The notes below the pieces were generated by a model, which was not told where the DNA came from, ran no database searches, and saw only the letters and a list, made by a program, of their open reading frames with translations. Positions 39,613 to 49,818 of a stretch of DNA of 58,698 nt are shown here, in pieces. Position numbers and translations under genes: made by a program. The first letter of the stretch is position 1. Each line of letters begins with the position of its first letter. Source of the DNA: Deltaproteobacteria bacterium (GTDB lineage: Bacteria; Desulfobacterota; Syntrophia; Syntrophales; UBA6807); the NCBI GenBank assembly GCA_011056835.1, contig DSDU01000015.1:1-58698 (forward strand), written 5' to 3'.

Positions 39613-42600
39613 CTGAGCACCTCTATTATTTTTTGACGCAACTCATCTATCTGGTAAGGTTTCTGGAGAAATGCATTGCATCCCCGTTCCATAATTTCCC
39701 GGGCCTTTCCATCGATGCTGTATCCGCTGGACAGAATGACTTTTATCTTGGGATTGATCTTTCTCAGCATGTCGAATGCCTGACCGCCGCCCATTCCCGG
39801 CATGATCATGTCGAGGATTACAAGGTCAATGATTTTATACTTCTCCTTATACATTTCGACGGCTTCGCTTCCACTCCGTGCGACAAGAACGTCATAGCCG
39901 AGGGCAGTCATGATTTCGCCGGTTACATCAATAATGATATCTTCATCATCCACAAGGAGTATGGTTTTTCGGGCATCAAAATCTATTGTCTCCTGAACAT
40001 GTTTCAGAACGATTTTATTTGCCGAGACAGGCAGATAGATGCGAAATGTGGTTCCACGATTCTGTTCGCTTTCAACGGTTATGGTCCCGCCGTGCCCTCT
40101 GACGATACCATAGACGGCGGCGAGACCGAGTCCGGTACCCCGTTTCATTTCCTTTGTTGTAAAGAACGGCTCGAATATTCGCTGCTGGGTCTTTTCATCC
40201 ATTCCAATCCCTGTGTCTCGCACGGAAATTTCAACATAGCGCCCGGGCTTGATGCCATGCCATGTAATATCATTGTGACGGAGCGTTACATTTTTCGTCT
40301 CAACGTGGATTTCACCCCCCTTCGGCATGGCCTGCCAGGCATTGATGAAAAGATTCATGATCACCTGTTCAATCTGTCCACGATCCGCATCTACAGTCCA
40401 GAGTGAATCCTGGTAACTGCGGCAAATAAGAATTTCTTTTCGTGTCCGGCTGAATACGACGGCCGCCTTTTCCACTGATTTATTCATATCCAGAGGTGTG
40501 ACTTCATATCGTCCGCTTTGGGCGAATCCCAGTAGCTGCCGGGTGAGATCGGCGCCACCGGCTACATTGGCCTCAATCTTTCTGAGCTTCTCATAATGGG
40601 GATGATCGGGCTTGAGGTTGAGAAGCAGCAAAGACGTATATCCCTGTATCGCCATGAGAAGATTGTTGAAATCATGCGCAATGCCCCCCGCCAGCGTTCC
40701 GATGGCTTCCATCTTCTGAGCGTCACGGAGTTGTTCTTCCATTTTTCTGAGATCCGTAACATCCCGGGCGATCCCGCAGAGACCGATAACATGTCCCCCA
40801 TCGTCGGACATGGGTGTTTTGATGACATGAAATATTTTCGGTTCTCCCTGAATTGAAAGGGTATGTTCCTCCTCAACGATTTCACCGTTCAGGACTCTCA
40901 AATCCACCGCACGAATATGGCGATCCACTTCTTTGACGAATAACTCTCTATCGGTTTTACCCACGACATCGGAGACTGACTTCCCTAGTAACGAAGCCAC
41001 GGCGGTGTTGGCAAGAGTATACGTCAGTCTTTGATCTTTGATGAAAATTGAATCCCTGGCTGAATCAATCAGCGTTCTGAAACGGGCTTCACTTTGCCTC
41101 AATGCATTTTCCACCCGCTTCGATTCGGTAACATCGATAATGATCCCCCGGATACCCCGGGGCTCTCCATCCGCCACTATGGGGGTTGAATAGACAACAA
41201 CAGGGAAGAAACTCCCGTTCTTCCGCATGACCGTGTACTCCGTTGCCCCCCGCTTATCGCCCCGGAAAACCATTTCGATATTCTCGGCAGCCCGCAATCT
41301 TTCATGCGGAGCGATCAGATCAAGGACGTTAACACCCTCCATAAAGTCACTCTCACTATAGCCGAACGTTTCCAAAGCATGATGATTGGCAAATGTAAAA
41401 ATTTTGTTACAACCGAATTCGAAAACGCTTTGGGGCAGAAATTCCACGAATTCCCTGTACTTTTTCTCACTCTCCCGTAAAGCATCCCCGACCCGCACAA
41501 GTTCCGTGACATCTTCATAGGTCAGAAGATGCTTTCCGTTTTCCAGAATGCTCCCCCTGAACTGAATATGTTTTTCCACTCCATCGCTACAGCAGACCCT
41601 GAATGTCCTGTTCCGCAATGCCCCTTTTTCATGCATCTCCACATAATCAAGGACCCATGCCTTCATAACCTTCTCCCGATAAACGGGATCGGGGTATGCC
41701 TTTTCGAACCATGTTTGTTTGTCGGGAAGATCGCCGGGCTTATATCCGAAAATTTTGTTAAAGGAAGGATTGAAGTATTCAAATGTTCTGTCGGATCTCA
41801 TCAGAGATATTCCGATTGGAGCATACTCCGCCAATAAACGAAAACGTTCCTCGCTTTCACGAAGGGCGGCATCAATTCGCTTGATTTCGGTGATATCGGT
41901 TATTGTGGCGAACGCTCCGGCATATCGACCGCCGGAATCAAAGACGCCCATCGGTGATACGAGCGTGATCACGCGCTTCCCGCCTCTGCCGACCCACACC
42001 ATTTCATACCGATCCGATATTCCCTGCCTCCTCAGTGCCATTTGATCGGCCATTAGTTCGTGATAATCTTCAGGAATTATTTCTATTATGGAACGCCCCA
42101 TCATCTCGTCCGGTGTGTATCCGAACATATCGGCCAATTTCTGATTCACGTAAGTCCAGCGATAGCTGCTATCGACGGAACCAAACCCTTCGTTCATGGT
42201 TTCAACAAGGGTTCGATATTTCTCTTCACTGAGTCTGAGCGCTTCTTCCGCTTTCCGTCGCTCTGTGACGTCGCCGGCAAAACACAGGATGGCCGGCTGG
42301 CCCTCCCAGGTTATGACAACCGTGTTGATTTCCATCCACCTTACAGACCCGCAGGCATCGACAGCCCGAAACGCATACATCGACGGAAGATTTTCACCGC
42401 TTATCCGCTTCATATGGTGCTCTATGACAAAATTTCTGTCATCGGGGTGGATGAATTCCACAAATGATTTATTTGTAAGGTCTTCTTCACTATACCCGGA
42501 TATTTCAACCATTCGCGAATTGGCAAACTTCAGGAATCCGTCCTGGGCCACAAAAATGGCTTGACCGACATTATCGATGAGGAGACGGTATTTTTCTTCC

Positions 42601-43523
42601 GATTCCTGCAGTGCAGTCTCGATCTGCTTCTTTTCCGTAATATCCCTGATGAATCCCCCGATCCCTACCATTCCGGAATTCAACGTGACAGGGAATTTCA
42701 ATGTTTCAAATATTTTTCCTCCACCATGTTCCTCACAGACGACAACCGTTTTCTCATCAATGGATCTCATATCGGATTGTCTGCAGTTCTGCGCGGCATC
42801 CTTTGTCATCAATTCGAAATCCGTTTTGCCGATTATTTCGGCTTCCTCTTTGCCGAAAAAGCAGGAAAGCGCTTTATTCACGATAAGATACCGGTACTCA
42901 TCATCTTTCAGAAAAATCATGTCCGATGCCGAATCAACGAATGTCCGGTACCGGTCCTCACTTGCCCGAAGTTTATCTTCCATATTCTTTTTTTCGGTAA
43001 TATCAACAAACGACGCAATGCTCATTCTTGTCTCAGGGATATATGCAACCGTTACATAGGCGCATTTTTCGAGACCATTTCGATCAAAATACGCAAATTC
43101 GTAACTTCTTGGCGGCAACGTGGGATCGGCCATCCGCAACTCGTGATATTCCGACATCCGCTTCAAATCATCGGAGGAAATGAATTCGGACATGTCCCTG
43201 CCTTCCACTTCACGACGACTGTAACCACTGATGGTCTCCACCTCCGAATTCACCCGACGTATGACCATGTTTTCATCAATGATAACCATGGCGGTTCCCG
43301 TGGACTCAAAAACGGCCTGATACAGATGATCAGCAATCATGAACGGATCATCACCATGCTGTGTGGTTTTGGTTGTTGGAAGTAAAATCTCCTCATCGCC
43401 ATCGCGCAGACGTTCGATTTCTTTTTGCTGAGTCTCCGACAAGCCTTCCAGTTCGGTGATGCGCTGGCGGAGCGCCGCCACCTCATCTGCAAGTTGCTCT
43501 CTCGTTTTTGCCGATTTTTCCAT
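39609..43523 (-). CDS. Multi-PAS hybrid sensor histidine kinase with a C-terminal receiver
   Basis: Repeated PAS/PAC modules separated by ...ITE(R)KxxEEAL linkers, H-box IAHDFNNLL, HATPase DTGIGMD / GTGLGLA, and REC ILLVDDE...DLVILDMIMPGMGG. Confidence 0.9.
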   Translation of the reverse strand: MEKSAKTREQLADEVAALRQRITELEGLSETQQKEIERLRDGDEEILLPTTKTTQHGDDPFMIADHLYQAVFESTGTAMVIIDENMVIRRVNSEVETISGYSRREVEGRDMSEFISSDDLKRMSEYHELRMADPTLPPRSYEFAYFDRNGLEKCAYVTVAYIPETRMSIASFVDITEKKNMEDKLRASEDRYRTFVDSASDMIFLKDDEYRYLIVNKALSCFFGKEEAEIIGKTDFELMTKDAAQNCRQSDMRSIDEKTVVVCEEHGGGKIFETLKFPVTLNSGMVGIGGFIRDITEKKQIETALQESEEKYRLLIDNVGQAIFVAQDGFLKFANSRMVEISGYSEEDLTNKSFVEFIHPDDRNFVIEHHMKRISGENLPSMYAFRAVDACGSVRWMEINTVVITWEGQPAILCFAGDVTERRKAEEALRLSEEKYRTLVETMNEGFGSVDSSYRWTYVNQKLADMFGYTPDEMMGRSIIEIIPEDYHELMADQMALRRQGISDRYEMVWVGRGGKRVITLVSPMGVFDSGGRYAGAFATITDITEIKRIDAALRESEERFRLLAEYAPIGISLMRSDRTFEYFNPSFNKIFGYKPGDLPDKQTWFEKAYPDPVYREKVMKAWVLDYVEMHEKGALRNRTFRVCCSDGVEKHIQFRGSILENGKHLLTYEDVTELVRVGDALRESEKKYREFVEFLPQSVFEFGCNKIFTFANHHALETFGYSESDFMEGVNVLDLIAPHERLRAAENIEMVFRGDKRGATEYTVMRKNGSFFPVVVYSTPIVADGEPRGIRGIIIDVTESKRVENALRQSEARFRTLIDSARDSIFIKDQRLTYTLANTAVASLLGKSVSDVVGKTDRELFVKEVDRHIRAVDLRVLNGEIVEEEHTLSIQGEPKIFHVIKTPMSDDGGHVIGLCGIARDVTDLRKMEEQLRDAQKMEAIGTLAGGIAHDFNNLLMAIQGYTSLLLLNLKPDHPHYEKLRKIEANVAGGADLTRQLLGFAQSGRYEVTPLDMNKSVEKAAVVFSRTRKEILICRSYQDSLWTVDADRGQIEQVIMNLFINAWQAMPKGGEIHVETKNVTLRHNDITWHGIKPGRYVEISVRDTGIGMDEKTQQRIFEPFFTTKEMKRGTGLGLAAVYGIVRGHGGTITVESEQNRGTTFRIYLPVSANKIVLKHVQETIDFDARKTILLVDDEDIIIDVTGEIMTALGYDVLVARSGSEAVEMYKEKYKIIDLVILDMIMPGMGGGQAFDMLRKINPKIKVILSSGYSIDGKAREIMERGCNAFLQKPYQIDELRQKIIEVLS

Positions 43524-44185
43524 TAAAATCACTCCGACGTGGTAGTGCATGCATTCGATGAGAGGTTACGGATCCGTCTTTCGTCACACAACAATATCTT
43601 GAAAAGGACAAAGCGGAACAGTAATAGAAACAAGATCCATTCTGAGAGAAAAGTTTTTATGATAATCCACGGGGCACACTTATTATGAGAAACGGCCTGG
43701 GACACGATGTATGTAACCTGAGTAAACCGCACAATAAAAAAACCTCTCACACGAATCAAGAGGAATATGCCACATACCATGGCAGATCCTACTTATCAAA
43801 TGATTTTTCAGAGACGATGCACCGGCTGCAGGTATTCCAAAGCAATATGGCCCCTGAACCTGTTATGGTGAAACACCGACAATGTACAGCATTTCCAAGG
43901 CATTTCATTCACACCATTGAAAAAGCGACGTTATGAGGTGGAGTCATTACGACACCAAACATCGAAAACGTATTCATGCATCAAGAGGAAACCGGTGGCC
44001 GACGAGGCGGAACAATAGATTGACATGATCCTAAGAATCCTCAATATCCGCAGGGGGCAGAAGCTGTCACATTGGAATTTGAGAGAAGAATGAATGTCAT
44101 GCGACTTCGCATCACCGGCTTTGCAGCGGGAAGACCGCCTCGTAAATTGTAAAGCTCATGACTACGTGTGAATCGACAACATATT

Positions 44186-44520
44186 TCACAACTTCGTTAC
44201 CGTTTCTTCAAGTACCTGCACAGTAAAATCCATCTCCTCCTGCGTTGTATCTTTCCCGAGGAAAAAACGTAATGTTTCTTGGGCGCCGATATCGCTGCAA
44301 CCCATGGAGCGAAGCACATGTGACGATTCAGGCAAACCTGTGGCACAGGAAGAACCGGTTGACGCACATATTCCCTGAGATCAAGGTGAAGAAAAACAGA
44401 TTATCCGTCTATGGCTTAAAAGGTAATGTTTGACATGTCAGGAATGCGGGCTGCTTTGAATCTCATATCTATCGTTTATCCTGAATCCAGAGCGAACCAA
44501 AGAAGCTCGCTGACGAGTGG
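44186..44520 (-). pseudogene. Decayed C-terminal remnant of a cysteine desulfurase (NifS/IscS family)
   Basis: The minus strand reads ASTGSSCATGLPESSHVLRSMG...ETLRFFLGKDTTQEEMDFTVQVLEETVTKL*. Upstream is RIPDMSNITF*AIDG*SVFLHLDL, with in-frame TAA stops and a frameshift before GICAST. Confidence 0.7.
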
Positions 44521-44756
44521 TACGTATGGCTACGTCGCAGTGACTAAGAATAAGGGTGACGCCGCAGATGGGTGTTTTTCAGCAGTTTCTTTATCATTGA
44601 CTTGTAATGGATCTTTTCTGTATTATTTCTTGAAAAAGGACACGTCGCCATCAACAAAGCCGACAAAACTCAGCCTATGGTCTTATAAGTTCCGGGATTG
44701 ATCCGATGTGTTATGTGTCTGAGATACCAGGTCACGAAGGAGTGAAAAGACAACAG

Positions 44757-45785
44757 ATGGATGAGATCAAACCGATTGGAGAGAGCTACGGTTACGTCCG
44801 TCTCGCCCTCCCGCTCATGTCGCAATACAACATACCTGTAACGCCTCAGAACTACACGGTCTGGTACCGGTATGTCTCCGGTGCGGACGCGGAACTTGCC
44901 GGAGTGATTGATGAGTTGCTCAAAAGTGAAACACCTTTCTCAGATGAGACGAACGAAGCCCTTTACAAACGCTGCTGCCGGGACAAAGACGAGGGCGAAC
45001 TGAGGAAGATCCGTGACGACCTGCGCAACATCCTGCTTACAATTCTGAAGGAAGTCACGGAGTTGACCGGTCAATCTGAAGAGTACGAGTCTTTTGTGAC
45101 CCGGTCCGTGGACACCTTGACGGAAGATGCATCAGCTGAAGAAATCCGGACAGTGATCGGTCAGATCATCGAAAAGACGAAAGCACTGGGGAGCTTCGGA
45201 AAGAACATACGGCGCAAGCTCAATGAGACAACAGAGGCGCTGCAGGCGCTGCGAGAGGACTTCGAGCGGGTAAAAACAGAGGCTTCTGCCGATTTTCTCA
45301 CCGGGTTGGCCAATAGAAAGGCCTTTCACGACGCACTGACCGAACAGATGGATGAAGCCATATCCCAGCAGAAGGAGTTGTCGCTTCTCCTCGTAGATAT
45401 AGACCACTTCAAACAGTTCAACGATGAATACGGACATCTCATCGGCGATGAGGTATTAAAGTTTGTGGCAAAAAAGATAAAGGAAATTGTGCGGGGAAGA
45501 GACTTTCTTGCCCGTTTCGGCGGAGAAGAATTTGCCGTCATATTGCCGCAAACTCCACTCGAGGGTGCGCAGGTCGTGGCAGAGAGTATCAACAGGCTTT
45601 TCGCCCAGACAACGCTCAAAGCCGTGAATACGTCAACAACTTTCGGCAAAGTGACCGTTTCCGTAGGGGTGGCCCGTTACCGCCCTGGTGAACCGCCGGA
45701 TAATCTCATCAACCGTGCTGACCGTGCGCTTTACCGGGCCAAACAGACCGGGAGAAATCGTGTGGTGACGGAGCGGAACAGTTGA
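44757..45785 (+). CDS. Diguanylate cyclase (GGDEF) with an N-terminal coiled-coil region
   Basis: DFLTGLANRKAF, DIDHFKQFNDEYGH, RFGGEEFAVILP and RADRALYRAKQTGRN. An alternative upstream start exists at 44706. Confidence 0.9.
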   Translation: MDEIKPIGESYGYVRLALPLMSQYNIPVTPQNYTVWYRYVSGADAELAGVIDELLKSETPFSDETNEALYKRCCRDKDEGELRKIRDDLRNILLTILKEVTELTGQSEEYESFVTRSVDTLTEDASAEEIRTVIGQIIEKTKALGSFGKNIRRKLNETTEALQALREDFERVKTEASADFLTGLANRKAFHDALTEQMDEAISQQKELSLLLVDIDHFKQFNDEYGHLIGDEVLKFVAKKIKEIVRGRDFLARFGGEEFAVILPQTPLEGAQVVAESINRLFAQTTLKAVNTSTTFGKVTVSVGVARYRPGEPPDNLINRADRALYRAKQTGRNRVVTERNS

Positions 45786-45827
45786 GTGTATGATTTGTTC
45801 CAGCGCGAAATTTTCAGTATAATGAAT

Positions 45828-45850
45828 TACCCCGTCCACAGGACGGGGTA
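45828..45850. terminator. 10-bp GC-rich hairpin between convergent genes (possible bidirectional terminator)
   Basis: TACCCCGTCC-ACA-GGACGGGGTA. The flanking T-tracts are weak on both strands. Confidence 0.45.
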
Positions 45851-46272
45851 TTCTGCGGCGGATTTCATAAACATTCGAGAAAACATGGCGGACACAACCG
45901 CTCATGTATGATTGCCGCACATAATATATTTCTCAACCCGGCGATTAAACGCATCGTTACCGTAACCCGATTGGTCTGCACAGCCATGGAGATTTGACAA
46001 CGGCACCGGCACAACAAGCCCGTCCGGCGGATAAGACCGGCACTGCTCCAGCTGTTAAAAAGTACATCATTACGATCCACAACGTCTTTCTTGACTGGAA
46101 TCGCCCTTCTATCGTGCGCCTCTTTGTCCGACAATGATTTGCGGTCATGAAAAAAGGAGCATACCGGCGCCTTGTAAACATAAAGTCACAGGACAACGTC
46201 ACGGTAAATGAAACCCGGGGACGGGGACTCCGGTAACGATCACTATCACGTCATGCGATCATGGCGCACCGT

Positions 46273-47214
46273 CTATAATCGCTCAATTGCCCGCACCAGT
46301 TCCGGCACCACGCTTTTCATGTCCGCCACCATACGGTAATCCGACATGGTCATGATGGGGGCATTCTCGTCGGTGTTTACCGAGATGATGGTTTTTGCAT
46401 CCCGTATGCCCACGACAAACTGGACCTGTCCCGAAACTCCCAGGAGCAGGGCAAGATCGGGCTTACATTTCCTGCCGGAAAGCCCGACAATCCTCTCTTC
46501 AGACAACCATCGTTTGTCCGTAGCCACCGGTTTCGTGCAGGCGACTGCTCCCTTCAGATGACCTGCAAGTATTTCCACTATTGGCAAATCATCCCGGCTT
46601 CCCATACCCTGCCCGACGACCACCAGTACCTCAGCAGCCTCGATATCGACGGAATCCTTCACCTTGGGCATGACCTCAACAACCTTTATAACCGAAAGTT
46701 CCGCTTCTACGGCAATATCGGTGATCGCCCCCTTTTCCCCCTCTTCCATCGTGTCATAGACTTTCGGGACAACGGCGATAACCTTATGATCCGATTCAAT
46801 TGCCTGCGTCACAACAGTTGCCCCGCCGAGGGTGTTCCGCCGGCAGCAGAGTCTGCCGTTATCGATTGTCATGCCGCTCACATCGGTAAGACATCCGCCG
46901 TGGGTGAGGTGCGCCAGTCTGCCGGAAATTTCTTTCCCTCTGCGGTTTGAAGAAAGTAAAACGACCGGCGCGTTTTTTTTCTTCGCCACCTCGCTGATTA
47001 CCAGTGCAACAGCTGCCGCATCCGCCATCAGTATCGCTTCATCCCGTATTCGGTATATCGTGCCGCATCTCAAGGCGAGTTTTTCTGCCTGGTCATCATT
47101 ATTGATCGTCAGGGCCGTGACGCCATACCCTATTTCACCAGCAATGGTATGCGCCGCCGTTAAAAGTTCGCAGGCATAATCGGTATTGTCGCTGTATATA
47201 AGAATATTCCTCAT
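46273..47214 (-). CDS. etfA: Electron transfer flavoprotein alpha subunit
   Basis: Typical EtfA C-terminal FAD domain ...VVVGQGMGS...AVACTKPVATD..W......VGLSGRKCKPDL.LLLGVSGQVQ. Overlaps the etfB stop by 4 nt. Confidence 0.9.
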   Translation of the reverse strand: MRNILIYSDNTDYACELLTAAHTIAGEIGYGVTALTINNDDQAEKLALRCGTIYRIRDEAILMADAAAVALVISEVAKKKNAPVVLLSSNRRGKEISGRLAHLTHGGCLTDVSGMTIDNGRLCCRRNTLGGATVVTQAIESDHKVIAVVPKVYDTMEEGEKGAITDIAVEAELSVIKVVEVMPKVKDSVDIEAAEVLVVVGQGMGSRDDLPIVEILAGHLKGAVACTKPVATDKRWLSEERIVGLSGRKCKPDLALLLGVSGQVQFVVGIRDAKTIISVNTDENAPIMTMSDYRMVADMKSVVPELVRAIERL

Positions 47215-47975
47215 TGTGCTTGCCTGTCCGGCTTTCGGTCATTTTTGAGAATCTTTGCCAGTTCATCGACGGATGTGATGACAATACCCTTCCGCCTGCT
47301 GACGGGCGCCAGATTACTGATCGTCGTAATGTTCTTTTCAGCGGGAACCTCTACGCACAACTCATTGAGGTGATACACTGCTGTCGGTTTTTTTCTCGCC
47401 TTCAGGATATTTTTGACTGATGGAATCCTCGGCTCTTTAATCTCGGAGACGACGCTGATAACAGCGGGAAGCGGCACCTCGATGATTTCATCAGAGTCCT
47501 CCAGTGAACGGGTAACCCGGGCAAGAGAGTCATTCAACTCAATCCGTTTGGCATACCCTACCTGGGGATAACCCAGTATTGCCGCTACGGCGGAAAAGAC
47601 CCGACCCGAATAGTTATCGGCGCTTCCTTCTCCGAAGACGACGATGCCCACGTCACCGATTCTTTGTATGGCGGCTGCCAGCACACCTGCAATGACGGAA
47701 CTGTCCTCATCAGCAAGATCATCATCCTCAATCAGTATGGCCTCATCTCCACCGGCCGCCAGGGCTTCCTTGACGGTGTCCCTGATCTTTCTATTCCCCG
47801 CCGACATGATGATGACACGTCCCTGGGTGGTTTCCTTTAACTCGACGGCCGCCGCCAGGGCGCTTTTGTCGATGTCACCGAGAACCATGGGAATATCGTC
47901 GAGAACGGGTTCGCGGTTACGTATCCGAATATGATGTAAATCAGGCACTTGTTTCATTGCCACGATTATATTCAC
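47211..47975 (-). CDS. etfB: Electron transfer flavoprotein beta subunit
   Basis: MNIIVAMKQVPD...ALAAAVELKE...VVFGEGSADNYSGRV is typical of EtfB. Confidence 0.9.
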   Translation of the reverse strand: MNIIVAMKQVPDLHHIRIRNREPVLDDIPMVLGDIDKSALAAAVELKETTQGRVIIMSAGNRKIRDTVKEALAAGGDEAILIEDDDLADEDSSVIAGVLAAAIQRIGDVGIVVFGEGSADNYSGRVFSAVAAILGYPQVGYAKRIELNDSLARVTRSLEDSDEIIEVPLPAVISVVSEIKEPRIPSVKNILKARKKPTAVYHLNELCVEVPAEKNITTISNLAPVSRRKGIVITSVDELAKILKNDRKPDRQAQ

Positions 47976-48056
47976 GGCTTCATTTCTCCCTGTCCATCCG
48001 ATTTCAAAAAGTCACTCTTTCGCTGATTCTCACCTTTTCCATAAGCGCACCGTATT

Positions 48057-49196
48057 CTACTCCCGCAGGATCGTTCCGGCGACGATCATCTTCTGCATGT
48101 CTCCCACGCCTTCTATCTGGGGACCGATGATGGCATCACGATACAGACTCTGGACTTTATAGTCACTCATGACCCCGTAAGATCCGTGAATATCCACGGC
48201 GACGCGAGTAACATCGACGGCATTTTCGCATACGAAACTTTTCGTCAACGCCGCCTCCCTGGCAAACGTCATGGGGTCTTTCACATTATTGGCAAGACAG
48301 CCGAGGCGGTAGGTGAGCCATCGAGCCGCTTCCAGTTTTATTGCAAGTTCTCCGACCCGGAGCTGCATGGCCTGAAACTTGGCGATGGACTGCCCCCTGT
48401 GTTTCTTTTCCATGGCATATTTCACAGCCTCCTCATAGGCACGAAGTGTGATCCCGAGATAGGTGGAACTGATCCCTATTTTGCCGTAGGCAATGCCGGA
48501 AAGAAGAATATTGAATCCACGGCCGACCTTCCCGAGCATATTTTCAGCGGGAATTCTCACATTCTTCAAATAGACGTCGACAATCCTGTTGCCCTTCAGC
48601 CCGATTTTATCCCACGCTTCGGAGATGGAATACCCCGCGCAGAACTTGTCCACAATAAATGCCGTTACTTCATCACTTTCGCTTTCACGGGCAAAGACGA
48701 CGATTGGACCGTGGAAATTCGCATTGGAGATAAACCGTTTCGTTCCATTGATGACGTAGGAATCACCCTCCCTGATTGCCATCGTGGTTATCTGCCGGGG
48801 ATCGGAACCGGTTCCCGGTTCGGTAAAAGCGAATGAAGCCAACAGTTCGCCCGTCAGACCCGGTTCCATGTATTTTTCCTTCTGCTCTTTCGTTCCGTAT
48901 GTGCAGATCGCACCGAGCCCGAGTCCGTTTACCGACAGAATCATGGAAACACCGGAAGATACGCGTGCTATCTGTTCCATGGCAAGGACATATCCGTCAT
49001 ACCCACCGTCGGAACCGCCCCATTCTTCGGCAAACTGTATCCCAAAGAGTTCCAGCTCCGCCATACGATCTATGATTTGACGGGGCACATCGTTTTCATC
49101 CTCAATCCGCCGGACAAGTGGTTCTATATACTTCTCAGCAAAATCCCGGGCCGTGTTCCGTATCAATAACTGTTCCTTGCTCAAGGTAAAATCCAT
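48057..49196 (-). CDS. Acyl-CoA dehydrogenase
   Basis: FAFTEPGTGSDP, INGTKRFISNA and QIHGSYGVMSDY..QSLYRDA...QIEGVGDMQ are ACAD hallmarks. It is the first gene of the acd-etfB-etfA operon. Confidence 0.9.
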   Translation of the reverse strand: MDFTLSKEQLLIRNTARDFAEKYIEPLVRRIEDENDVPRQIIDRMAELELFGIQFAEEWGGSDGGYDGYVLAMEQIARVSSGVSMILSVNGLGLGAICTYGTKEQKEKYMEPGLTGELLASFAFTEPGTGSDPRQITTMAIREGDSYVINGTKRFISNANFHGPIVVFARESESDEVTAFIVDKFCAGYSISEAWDKIGLKGNRIVDVYLKNVRIPAENMLGKVGRGFNILLSGIAYGKIGISSTYLGITLRAYEEAVKYAMEKKHRGQSIAKFQAMQLRVGELAIKLEAARWLTYRLGCLANNVKDPMTFAREAALTKSFVCENAVDVTRVAVDIHGSYGVMSDYKVQSLYRDAIIGPQIEGVGDMQKMIVAGTILRE

Positions 49197-49585
49197 ATTC
49201 CCGTCCCTCCTTTGACTATTTTCGACAGTGAATTACCCCGCCCGCAGGGTGGTATCCAAGAAACTTGAATGGGTGATACTACACTCTCTTCACAACCACA
49301 TTGCATCCATCCCCGTCTCAGGGATGGTTTATTCTGCCGAGGATCCGACAATATGCCTGATTATACATAACAAATGCACAAGGTAAAACAGAAAACCGCT
49401 TAGAGATACAGTCAATGATTTCAAATGGTCTTTGCCGATGGGAAATAGGTGAAATAGTAACCACTTACCTGAAGACATCCAGAAGCATGCATCCGGTCAT
49501 TTATCGAAAGCATTTCTCAGATATTTAATGGACGATTTCGAAAAACAGCAGGAAATGTTTAGCCGTGGTTCTGGTAAAGATTTTG

Positions 49586-49622
49586 TAAAGAAAACGGGGA
49601 GCCAGCCTAATACTAACTCCCC
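49586..49622 (-). terminator. Rho-independent terminator downstream of tRNA-fMet
   Basis: On the minus strand: GGGGAG-(15 nt)-CTCCCC followed by GTTTTCTTT. Confidence 0.6.
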
Positions 49623-49640
49623 GAAATCTTAGTTATATTT

Positions 49641-49717
49641 TGGTAGCGGGGGCCGGATTCGAACCGACGACCTCTGGGTTATGAGCCCAACGAGCTACCT
49701 GACTGCTCCACCCCGCG
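49641..49717 (-). tRNA. Initiator tRNA-fMet (anticodon CAT)
   Basis: The minus strand reads CGCGGGGTGGAGCAGTCAGGTAGCTCGTTGGGCTCATAACCCAGAGGTCGTCGGTTCGAATCCGGCCCCCGCTACCA. It has an unpaired 1:72 (C:U), three G:C pairs closing the anticodon stem, an encoded CCA, and is near-identical to E. coli tRNA-fMet. Confidence 0.95.
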
Positions 49718-49818
49718 TCATATTTATTATAAGAGCTGACTTATAGACCAATAATTCAGAGATGTCAAGGACATTCTCTCGTTGTGATGTCGTCATTGTG
49801 ACGGCACAGGGGATGTTC

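Noticed and set aside
39633-43385. Long ORFs antisense to the PAS histidine kinase (39633..40406, 42561..43385 and others)
   Set aside because: They lie opposite a gene with unambiguous PAS, HisKA, HATPase and REC motifs. They have no motifs of their own and no SD. These are typical shadow ORFs.
49244-49258. Sigma-54-like TGGATACCACCCTGC upstream of the acd-etfBA operon (minus strand)
   Set aside because: Only the GG-N10-GC core plus a few flanking bases match. Dozens of matches of this quality are expected by chance in the window.
49304-49330. Hairpin CCATCCC-CGTCTCA-GGGATGG followed by TTTATT on the + strand, upstream of acd
   Set aside because: There is no + strand gene to terminate. It lies in the 5' region of a minus-strand operon, where the complementary strand lacks a U-tract.
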